Assembly: GCA_965228065.1 (NCBI GenBank)
Contig: OZ245788.1
Coordinates: 2,545,668 to 2,609,667, forward strand
DNA length: 64,000 nucleotides
Direction of reading: 5' to 3'
Source: Sphingobium sp.
GTDB lineage: Bacteria > Pseudomonadota > Alphaproteobacteria > Sphingomonadales > Sphingomonadaceae
The stretch's first letter is position 1. Every line of letters starts with the position of its first letter. A model generated the notes under the pieces. That model was not told the origin of the DNA, searched no databases, and worked only from the letters and a program-made list of their open reading frames with translations. Of this stretch, positions 37,801 to 45,134 are shown piece after piece. The position numbers and the translations under genes were made by a program.

Positions 37801-39403
37801 CCGTGTCATCGCCGGGCACAAGGGGGGGCGGCCCGGACTGTACGGCATCGAGCCCGCTGGATCCGGCAGGGGCGCTGGCCAGGATGGCGACGGCTGCCTG
37901 GCCGGCAACGAGCAGCTGCGAACCGCCCGAGGAATAGACGCGATAGCTTGTGCCGCCGATCGCCTGCTCGCCGCTCGCGGTCCAGCCGCCGACCAGATCG
38001 AGCGTGTCCGATGCATCGCCTGCAACGATCAGGCGTGTTCCCCCGCCGGTCATCGCGGCGATGTCGCCCTCGCGGATCGTCAGCAATTTTCCGCCGGAAA
38101 GCTCGATCGCCTCGAAGCCGCCGACACGGCCGGTCGCCAGCATCTGTTGCAGGTCGATCGTGCGGGGCCCGATGGGCAGGACAAGCGTGTCCACGCCGCT
38201 GCCCCCGAACACGCCGTAGAAGCTGTAATCGCCGATCTCGATCCGGTCGTCGCCCGCTCCGCCGTCCGCCCGGTCGCCGCCGCGGGTCAGGATATGGTCG
38301 TTGCCATAATCCCCATAAAGCCCGTCATTGCCGTCATCGCCCTGTAGGAAATCGTTGCCGCGCCTACCGACCAGCAGATCGTGGCCGGCGCCGCCGAACA
38401 GGCTGTCGGCGCCGCGATCGCCCGACACCAGATCTGCGCCTGATCCCCCGACGAAGCGATCGTCGCCCCAGCCCATATCGGCGGCGCCCTCGAACAGGCC
38501 TGCGGTGTTGTCGAACAGATCGTGCCCGTCGCCCATATCGATGTAACCGCGGATCACGCCCGTGTTGACGACGATGTCGTCGCCAAGCCCCAATATCATC
38601 GCCCCTTCGATTAGTCCGGTCGACAGGTTGGTGACGAATTGTTGCGACGCCTGGATGGGCGTGTACCAATATTCGTTGGAATAAAGGGCAATGTCGGCGC
38701 GGATGATGCCGCTATTCTCGACCGTGAATGGCGTGCCTTCGGAATTGGCGACAAGTATCGCGATCGATGCCTGGGCGGGATTGGTGGAAACGGCCTCGAT
38801 CAATCCGGCGTTGGCGAGCGCGGGGGGCTGTATCCCTCCCGGCGGGCCGGACCGGCTTACCCCGATGAACCGCAGGGCAGCCGCGTTTCCGCCCTCCGCC
38901 AGGATCTGGCCCGTTTCGGTATTGGAGACCGGGCCGCCATTGTGCCGAAAGATAGCGACAGCGGAAACGCCGCTCTTGGCCGCAATCAGGCCGGAATTGA
39001 CGACCATCTGGCTCGACCAGTCCTGCACCGCATAAGCGGCACCGCCGGTGGAAATGGCGTAAATCGATCCGCTGTTGGTGATGCTTTCGCGAAGCGTGCT
39101 TTCGATCGTGACGGTAAATGCCTGCTCGCTGGTCCCTTCGGCCACCATGACGCCGGCATTGTCGAATTTCTGGAAATTGAAGGCGCTAAAGACAGTGGCG
39201 CCGATACCGGACGCCCAGAGTGTGCCCGAATTCGAAAAGCTCGAAAATCTGCCGAAGCCATATTCGATGAACATCGATGGAAGACCGTCGCTCAACATCG
39301 TCGTGCCGGCGCCGACGACATAATCGACGCTTTGTAGCTGTATCCTTTCCGTCACGTTGGGCTGGATTGTCGGGCGGCTGATCGGCGGGATAATCGAGGG
39401 CAA
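34787..39403 (-). CDS. Giant RTX-type calcium-binding exoprotein with beta-helix-like NSGxI repeat modules, an SbsA/Big_5-like Ig domain and a C-terminal tandem repeat
   Basis: The ORF is open to 39706. The start is uncertain, and the candidates are TTG 39403 (GGAG 8 nt upstream), ATG 39298 and ATG 39580. There are several runs of GGxGxDxUx nonapeptides (for example GGSGADLVSGDRGADSLFGGAGHDLLVGRRGNDFLQGDDGNDGLYGDYGNDHIL). No N-terminal signal peptide is present. The C-terminus reads ...SLPDHAFA. Confidence 0.85.
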   Translation of the reverse strand: MPSIIPPISRPTIQPNVTERIQLQSVDYVVGAGTTMLSDGLPSMFIEYGFGRFSSFSNSGTLWASGIGATVFSAFNFQKFDNAGVMVAEGTSEQAFTVTIESTLRESITNSGSIYAISTGGAAYAVQDWSSQMVVNSGLIAAKSGVSAVAIFRHNGGPVSNTETGQILAEGGNAAALRFIGVSRSGPPGGIQPPALANAGLIEAVSTNPAQASIAILVANSEGTPFTVENSGIIRADIALYSNEYWYTPIQASQQFVTNLSTGLIEGAMILGLGDDIVVNTGVIRGYIDMGDGHDLFDNTAGLFEGAADMGWGDDRFVGGSGADLVSGDRGADSLFGGAGHDLLVGRRGNDFLQGDDGNDGLYGDYGNDHILTRGGDRADGGAGDDRIEIGDYSFYGVFGGSGVDTLVLPIGPRTIDLQQMLATGRVGGFEAIELSGGKLLTIREGDIAAMTGGGTRLIVAGDASDTLDLVGGWTASGEQAIGGTSYRVYSSGGSQLLVAGQAAVAILASAPAGSSGLDAVQSGPPPLVPGDDTGIYLSPSQTVVDRFAPNSDLTIEADETWVTPDGPDFHITIIGGTNLINQGTILSDRVAIYGRFVTVVNEGFVGVASFTGTDKLAQNIATLNTYGIHRATDNISAIGMNVDLGGLGTSVVNRGEIEVRTDQLTAVGINSYLLSDFNNSGSIEISSTHFVAVGVFAHNGGNLVNSGTITATGAAGAYGIGIATHVADIRNSGTITAQASASGAPTIGVYFYYQIGTNRLENSGTITADIAIQTSWNVNGGALRLINSGEINGRIELNVNPNGGPANADVIINTGSINGSVYLGGNNDLYDGRGGRQTGTIYGEAGRDILIGTGGADRIDGGSDDDILFADGADTLTGGAGRDTFVFSHVTGDVAQITDFVSGVDRISLAAIEPLSVTLARSGGTTRITAVTSNGTLVINVAGQVVDSDIERFGPLNGTTGSDAMVAASSGAALFGGEGDDFLFGFGSADTLDGGTGIDFMAGGAGDDTYVVDTLNDVIFERNGEGFDTVRLSGISTFAIPDNIERLIGGDENNFLIGSARDDVLDGGNGTDTVYLSGAQSDYRVTRSGDGYTFVDQRAGSPEGTDSLYNIEFIIFGGRQPISMAEILDSTPPTILTTGPVDGAVNVDTTSNIVVTFSEQIMRGEGTIELRLSDGTLIDTFHAGTSDRITVAGSVLTIDPVHALSAGTHYVVVMNPGTVRDLTGNAFAGSARYDFTTRANPSNPAGAGRLVASDGLIASIGPDGQVFGTRGFQDLTIIDQPGALTLDGSFGGGGDVIRLAGAAANYTARIMGSFAILSDGDSQISIPVGLAGTSLVFGDGLRTLVFADGSVKIGSQSIDATAATLSAPSEVGPIPTGGDPDASGWLVMNPGGVAAIAGNFQVYGTRNGHEVLEIQGGKAMLDSSFGGGGDTVILNGLADGFTARIAGSFVILHSERIDASIPIGTAGLTLRFTDGDRTLVFDAGSSTVRIGTQSIGFDTTGLSPTPGLSISGAGSDEATALESQHSAAMSLPDHAFA
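34909..35656 (-). repeat. Two tandem coding repeats of about 115 aa at the C-terminus of the RTX protein
   Basis: Copy A spans aa about 1351-1465 and copy B aa about 1487-1600. Both share QV(F/Y)GTR, SFGGGGD, ARI(M/A)GSF(A/V)IL, SIP(V/I)G, RTLVF and IG(S/T)QSI in the same order. Confidence 0.8.
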
Positions 39404-39734
39404 GTTCACTACTCCGGACTTGCTTCGATTCTGGAAGGCTCCAGTTGAACTGGAATAGGTTACGCGCCTCGAAGCTATGCCGATCCTGAACGACCGGCCG
39501 GACAATATCAACAAGTCTGCCTCAACACGCCCGCGGCTTTGTATCGGGTTTGGATGGCAGTTCTGATGGCTGACCATCATTCGATGCGGGTGCTTCAATT
39601 GCGTCGCCGCTGACGGCGCGCGGCTGCGCACGAGCGCGGTTCCATATCGGCGCAACGGGATTGACGGCCCGCCCCGCCAACAATAGGAGATAATATAACA
39701 TCTCATATTATTTCACGTCATCGGGAGGGGTTCC

Positions 39735-42173
39735 TTGAAGAACGGGGTTATCGGGGCGCTGTCGGCGCTCTCGCTGGTTGGCGTCTGCGCATCACCGGCT
39801 ACCGCGCAACAGCCAGCGGTAGCGGATCCATCCGTCGAGGACGAAGCGGGTGAGGGCGGCACTCGCGATGCCGATCAGGACACGCGCGATATCGTCGTCA
39901 CCGGTTCGCTGATCCGGGGGCTGCCACGCGAATATGTCGCCAGCCCCGTCTTCACCTATGACCAGGCGGATATCGTGCGCTCCGGATCGGGCGCGGTCTC
40001 CGAGTACATGCTCACCATCCCGCAGAACTTCACCGGCGATCTCAGCGAGTTCGCGACGACCGGTGCTGGCATCGGCAGTCCGCTGGGCGACGGGACGTCC
40101 TATAACCAGTTCGACGGCTTTGCCGGATTCGCGCTGCGCGGCCTCGCATCCGATGCGACGCTGACGCTGCTCAACGGCCGGCGCATGGCCTCGGTCGGCC
40201 TGACCGAAGCGCCGACCGCGTCGGTCATCCCCTCGATGCTGATCGATCGGATCGAGATCATTCCCGACGGCGCCTCCGCTACCTATGGCGCGGATGCCGT
40301 CGCGGGCGTCGTCAACATCGTGACGCGCCGGCCGACCGAGGGCATCGAGATGCAGGCGCGCGGTGCGATCGCGACGCGGACGGGCAAGCCCGATCTGCAG
40401 GCGAGCATATTGGCCGGCCATGGCTGGGGCAGCGGCAGCATCTATGGCATGGCGATGTACCAGAAACGCGCCCCGTTCGTCGGCGATCCCGTCGATGTGG
40501 GCGGAGAAGCGCTGCAGATCACCCAGCTTCCCAGCGAAAGGCTGACCGGCCTGTATGGCGGCATCCGGCAGGAGGCGGGAGACTTCACCTTTTCCGTCGA
40601 CGGTTCCCGTTTCCAGCGCGACCGCAATTCGCGTCAGCTCTATCTCGACGAGCCCGCCTTCAACCGCGTGTTCCGCACGCGCACGACGGGCGTGTCGATC
40701 TATAGCGGCATCCATTGGCAGGGGCAGGGCACGACCGCGCTCGACCTGACCGTGGATTATCATCGCACCCATACCGACAGCAGTTCCAGCCGGGTGGGGC
40801 GGACGCCGAGCACGCGGGAATCGACCAATCGGCTGTTCGTCGCAGAGCTGCGCGGGCAGGCGGCGCTGTTCTCTCTGCCGGCGGGTCCGGTGATGGCGGT
40901 GGGCGGCGTCCAGTATCGATCCGAACGGCTGCGCACCGACGCGACGATCTTCTTCAACCGCAATGGCGGATCGCGGGACGTGAAGTCGATCTTCGGCGAG
41001 CTCAACGTGCCGGTCGTCGGTTCCGAACAATCGGTGCCGCTGATGCGATCGCTGACGCTGTCCGCCGCGGCCCGTTACGAGGATCTCGGTTTCGACACCG
41101 CCTTATCGCCCAAGCTGGGCCTGCGATGGCAGGTCGATCGCTCGATCGCGCTGCGCGGCACCTATGCCCGATCCTTCCTCGTCCCGCGGTTTCGCAGCAC
41201 GATCGGCATTGCCGAACAGGTGTCGTTCGGCCTGTACGATTATCCGTTGCTCGATCCGAAGAACCAGAACCCCGCGCTGGCCCACGGTCAGGCGCTGGTG
41301 ATGTTCCGCGCAGGCGCGAACCCCGATCTCAAGACGCAGAATGCCGACAGCTTCACGATCGGCGCGGATATCACGCCGGTCTTCGCGCCCGGCCTGACGA
41401 TAAAGGCCGGCTATTACAGCATCAGCATTTCCGGGCGCGTCGGCACGCCCTCTCCCGACGACAGCCTGTCGGTGAAGGATCTCCAGATCTTCAACATCGC
41501 GAACCCCGGCATCGATGCGGTGCGGCAGGTGCTCTACAATCCCGACGTCTTCCGCCGTTTCGCGGAAGTGCCGTCGATCAACGGCGGCGATCTCACCTTC
41601 TTCGACACCGCGGCGCAGGTGCCCGCCAACCTCCTCGCCCAGGTGCAGTTGATCGCCGACATCCGTGCGCAGAATTTCGCGGTGGAGGCGACCGACGGTC
41701 TCGATCTCGACCTGTCATACCGCACGCGGCTTTTCGGCGGCACCGCGATGATGAAGCTGACCGGCCAATATATATTGAACCTGACGCTGAAGGCCGGCGG
41801 CTCCACTGCGATCTCGCGGCTGGACGGCTATGCCAAGCCCGCCGATCTGCGGCTGAACGGCACCTTCGCCTGGGGTCGCGACGGCGTCTCGATCGGATCA
41901 GTGGTCAACCACGTCGACGGCTTCACCGATGACCGTCCCGGCCGGCCGGTCCGCAAGATCGGATCCTTCACCACGGCGTCGCTGTTCCTGGGGCTCGATC
42001 TCGGCCGGCTGACGGGCGCGCCATGGCTGGCGGACAGCGAGGCACAGATCGTCGTCGCCAATCTGTTCGACCAGCAACCGCCGCGCGTGATCGACGGGGT
42101 GGTGGGGTATGATCCGTACAACAATCCGCCCAATCCGCGGACATTGGGGATGGTGTTGACGCGGCGGTTTTGA
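39735..42173 (+). CDS. TonB-dependent receptor (no STN domain), divergent from the RTX gene
   Basis: The start is TTG. The signal peptide is MKNGVIGALSALSLVGVCASPATAQ. The TonB box-like segment is RDIVVTGS. The plug reads IEIIPDGASATYGADAVAGVVNIVT, and LRGLASDATLTLLNGRRM is also present. The C-terminus reads ...GMVLTRRF. Confidence 0.9.
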   Translation: MKNGVIGALSALSLVGVCASPATAQQPAVADPSVEDEAGEGGTRDADQDTRDIVVTGSLIRGLPREYVASPVFTYDQADIVRSGSGAVSEYMLTIPQNFTGDLSEFATTGAGIGSPLGDGTSYNQFDGFAGFALRGLASDATLTLLNGRRMASVGLTEAPTASVIPSMLIDRIEIIPDGASATYGADAVAGVVNIVTRRPTEGIEMQARGAIATRTGKPDLQASILAGHGWGSGSIYGMAMYQKRAPFVGDPVDVGGEALQITQLPSERLTGLYGGIRQEAGDFTFSVDGSRFQRDRNSRQLYLDEPAFNRVFRTRTTGVSIYSGIHWQGQGTTALDLTVDYHRTHTDSSSSRVGRTPSTRESTNRLFVAELRGQAALFSLPAGPVMAVGGVQYRSERLRTDATIFFNRNGGSRDVKSIFGELNVPVVGSEQSVPLMRSLTLSAAARYEDLGFDTALSPKLGLRWQVDRSIALRGTYARSFLVPRFRSTIGIAEQVSFGLYDYPLLDPKNQNPALAHGQALVMFRAGANPDLKTQNADSFTIGADITPVFAPGLTIKAGYYSISISGRVGTPSPDDSLSVKDLQIFNIANPGIDAVRQVLYNPDVFRRFAEVPSINGGDLTFFDTAAQVPANLLAQVQLIADIRAQNFAVEATDGLDLDLSYRTRLFGGTAMMKLTGQYILNLTLKAGGSTAISRLDGYAKPADLRLNGTFAWGRDGVSIGSVVNHVDGFTDDRPGRPVRKIGSFTTASLFLGLDLGRLTGAPWLADSEAQIVVANLFDQQPPRVIDGVVGYDPYNNPPNPRTLGMVLTRRF

Positions 42174-42267
42174 GGCACTGCGGAGGCGGGGATTTGACGC
42201 ATTATCGACGCCGGTCGAAATGGCGCAACTTTGCCGGAAGAGCCGGCGACTATTGCAGTGAGGACAT

Positions 42268-43188
42268 GTGGTTTCGGCAGTCGTTGCCCAGTGTGGCGTG
42301 GTGTGTAAACGTGAGCCCGTCATCGCAGGAGTAACGACGATCAGGGCGTTTCTACTCGCAACCATGCTTGGCCTGGGTGTGCTCGGCGCGGGCGGAGCAA
42401 TGGCGGCGGAGCGGTGGGAAACGCTTCCGGACGTGCCAGCGATGCCGGCGCCGGCCAGGTCCGGATCGGTTGCGATCAACGGCGCGCAGATCCACTACGC
42501 AACCTATGGCAAGGGGGCCACCGTCATCCTGCTGCATGGTGGGATGGGCAATGGCGACCATTGGGCCAACCAGATCGGGCCGCTGGCGAAAAACCGGCGC
42601 GTCGTCGTAATCGATAGCCGCGGCCATGGGCGCAGTTCACGTGATGCCCGTCGCTTCACCTATGAATTGATGGCGGAAGACGTGCTCGCTGTGATGGATG
42701 CATTGCATATCCGCCGCGCATCGATCGTGGGTTGGAGCGATGGGGGGATTATCGGGCTTGTCATGGCGATGAAGACGCCCGCCCGCGTCGAACGCGTGCT
42801 CGCCTTTGGCGCGAACATGGATACGAGCGGCATCAATCTCGAAACCGGGTCGGCCGCGACGATGGTCGCTTATGGTGCGCGCGCCGCGGCGGATTATAAG
42901 CGACTGTCGCCGACGCCCGCCGCCTATGAGGATTTTCAGGCGGCGATGGGGCGGATGTGGGCGACGCAACCCAACTACAAGCCCGCCGATCTCGCGCGCA
43001 TCCGTGTTCCCGTGGCGATCGTCGACGGCGAGCATGACGAAGCGATCCGGCCCGAACATTCGGCCTATCTGGCGCACACTATCCCCGGCGCGAAACGGAT
43101 CACCCTGCGCGGCCTGAGCCATTTCGCGGTGATGCAGGATCCACAGGCATTCAATGCGGTGATGATGGCGTTTCTGGACGGGCGTTGA
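42268..43188 (+). CDS. Alpha/beta hydrolase (secreted)
   Basis: The oxyanion region is VILLHGGMGNGDHW, the nucleophile is IVGWSDGG, and the catalytic His region is LRGLSHFAVMQDP. The start is uncertain (GTG 42268 or ATG 42364). Confidence 0.8.
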   Translation: MVSAVVAQCGVVCKREPVIAGVTTIRAFLLATMLGLGVLGAGGAMAAERWETLPDVPAMPAPARSGSVAINGAQIHYATYGKGATVILLHGGMGNGDHWANQIGPLAKNRRVVVIDSRGHGRSSRDARRFTYELMAEDVLAVMDALHIRRASIVGWSDGGIIGLVMAMKTPARVERVLAFGANMDTSGINLETGSAATMVAYGARAAADYKRLSPTPAAYEDFQAAMGRMWATQPNYKPADLARIRVPVAIVDGEHDEAIRPEHSAYLAHTIPGAKRITLRGLSHFAVMQDPQAFNAVMMAFLDGR

Positions 43189-43464
43189 GGCGTCGCCTCG
43201 CTGGGAAGGGGAAGGCTGATGGGTAAGGGGCGGCGCTGCTTTACACTCTAGCTCGGCAGAATCCCGCTAAGTGACCGTGACGCTCCCGATCGAACCCCGC
43301 GCTAGGATCGGTGAGCGGCCGCGTATTGGGAATGGGCCGGCGATTTTTTGACGATATTTTGTCGATACCCTCCCGCCCGTATCCGCACCGTCTGGGCTTC
43401 GGCTGATACGTGGAAAATCCCTAAACTGCTGCGCCGCAGTTTGGTCGGGTAGTCGGCAGCAAAA

Positions 43465-44019
43465 TTAAGGGGCTTCTGCACCTTTTGTCGCAACTGCTGT
43501 CGTCTGAATCGCAGTTTCAGCCACGGGCCGGCCCTTTGGCAATCTGATAATGTCGCTGATCTCCTGGGCAAAAAAGCCGAGGCCACCGATCTGGTTCACG
43601 CGGCTGAATTGTCCGCACGCATAGTTTTCGCCATCGATGACGTCTTTGGGAAACAGGATCTCAATTTTGACTGTGCTCACTCCGGATGCGCTTTTCGTTT
43701 CCGTTGCCAGCAAAGCGCCATCGGTCGTGCCATCGTCCAGCTTTACGGGTCTGCCGCCGATATAGAGTTCGCTCATGACCTGGCGTGCGTCCGCATCGCA
43801 ACGGAAGGCATCGAACGTGAAATCGCCCCAGATATTTGCGAGTTTACCGAGATCATCCCTGGACAATTTGGCGATGAAGGAAACAGGTTCCCGATCGTGG
43901 AACGATGATCCCGGATATATCATCACCTCGGCTTTCCGTTCGATCGAAATGACGCGTACGCGCTCACTGCACGCACCGACCGTCAGCGCGAGGCAAATGA
44001 GAATGACTATGCGCGGCAT
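43465..44019 (-). CDS. Hypothetical lipoprotein (orphan, AT-richer than surroundings)
   Basis: The start is MPRIVILICLALTVGACS, which includes a lipobox. The ORF is 184 aa. I recognise no family. Codon position 3 is noticeably less GC-rich than in neighbouring genes, judged by eye. Confidence 0.55.
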   Translation of the reverse strand: MPRIVILICLALTVGACSERVRVISIERKAEVMIYPGSSFHDREPVSFIAKLSRDDLGKLANIWGDFTFDAFRCDADARQVMSELYIGGRPVKLDDGTTDGALLATETKSASGVSTVKIEILFPKDVIDGENYACGQFSRVNQIGGLGFFAQEISDIIRLPKGRPVAETAIQTTAVATKGAEAP

Positions 44020-44274
44020 GCGACGATGGTGACGCAAGGATGTGGCATCAGCAAGTGCGATTGCGGTAGCACGGAGATTACGGTGCAATGTGCAAACCCC
44101 AAAAAATTCCTGACGACTGCACTACCGAGTTCATGAAACTGGGAGTTTGGGGGGAGGGAGAAATCAAGTCCGGCGATCTGTTGTCACGGCTCATTGGCAA
44201 TGGGCTAGGGCATTTTCGGCGACGATGCGGGTCGTCGCGATATTCCGAACAGCCACGATTGTGCCGTCCGTCGC

Positions 44275-44964
44275 TCAAACCGCGAGCGGCGGCCTGGACC
44301 GGATGACGGGAAGAAGCCGCTGCTCCAGCGACGCGACGGCTGCATCGATCGCATCGGCGACCGAATCCGCCTTGCGGCGGCCCTCGCTCCGCCAGAGGAC
44401 GGTTTCGATCTCCGCCTGTGTCTCGAACAGTTGCTCCTGCTCATAGCCGCGCACGTCACGAACATCGCCGTGACGTGCGAGCCGGGCGTAACGCTCCGCC
44501 TCTGCGAGGATCCGATCCCGTTGCGTCCAGAATACGTCGAGCGCGGCCTCGGCATCGTCGCCGAGAAACGCCTTGAGCGCGGGCAATGCGCCGAGCAGAT
44601 CGTCCCAGAGTGGCTGGTGCGCGCCGATGCGGGCACGTGCCGCCTGCGCGCCTGCCAGATATGCCCTGGCATAGTCCGGCGTGCGATCGTCGATCGTGCC
44701 GCCGTCGCGAAGCTGGCGATGGACCTCGCTACGTTCCGCGCCGCTCAGCACCGGCGACCGAATCGCCTCGATCGCGCGGCGAAGCGCATAGGCGGTCGTC
44801 AGTGTCCGCTCGGCGAGCGCGATGCCGCGGTCCTGTTCCCGATGTCGTTGCCAGTGAGCGAACAGGCCGCTTCCCGTGCGGGTTGCGTGGATGATGGTGC
44901 CCGCGACGATTATCGTCCCCACCCCGGACAGCATCGATCCCGTCGCAACCCAATCCATCATCAT
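44275..44964 (-). CDS. Hypothetical N-terminally membrane-anchored alpha-helical protein (orphan)
   Basis: The start is MMMDWVATGSMLSGVGTIIVAGTII, a TM helix. About 200 aa rich in Arg, Ala and Glu follow and are predicted helical. I recognise no family. Confidence 0.5.
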   Translation of the reverse strand: MMMDWVATGSMLSGVGTIIVAGTIIHATRTGSGLFAHWQRHREQDRGIALAERTLTTAYALRRAIEAIRSPVLSGAERSEVHRQLRDGGTIDDRTPDYARAYLAGAQAARARIGAHQPLWDDLLGALPALKAFLGDDAEAALDVFWTQRDRILAEAERYARLARHGDVRDVRGYEQEQLFETQAEIETVLWRSEGRRKADSVADAIDAAVASLEQRLLPVIRSRPPLAV

Positions 44965-44980
44965 CTCCGCCCCGGCCGAC

Positions 44981-45017
44981 CGTTTGACAGCCAGTCGCCT
45001 ACCCCATAGCCCTTGGC
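44981..45017 (+). promoter_or_regulatory. Promoter-like 37-nt motif (TTGACA ... CCCCATAGCCCTTGGC) upstream of the amidohydrolase gene
   Basis: CGTTTGACAGCCAGTCGCCTACCCCATAGCCCTTGGC is identical at 29 of 37 positions to 47083-47119 (manual count). The -35 TTGACA and a CATAGC/ATAGCC -10-like element are 15-16 nt apart. Confidence 0.45.
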
Positions 45018-45134
45018 ATCGGGTAAACAATGCCAAGCATTCCCGACGCTCGAACGAGTTCTCAAAAAGCCAGAACGGGATCGTTGAGAGAGAATGTTTT
45101 CCAGGCATTGGACAGGGCAGGGGGCCACACAGCA

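Noticed and set aside
39404-39706. This is the N-terminal 100 or so codons of the maximal RTX ORF, starting MRCYIISYCW...
   Set aside because: It has lower GC3 and several rare ATA codons. It has no signal peptide or domain, and its sequence is basic and low-complexity. It is more likely 5' UTR or promoter DNA, so the CDS start was moved downstream and flagged as uncertain.
43286-43312. A tRNA-like fragment (CCGATCGAACCCCGCGCTAGGATCGG, containing TCGAACC) might mark an integration site next to the AT-richer islet.
   Set aside because: No acceptor stem, anticodon arm or CCA-proximal structure can be drawn. It is only a short hairpin, so I make no call of a tRNA or tRNA remnant.
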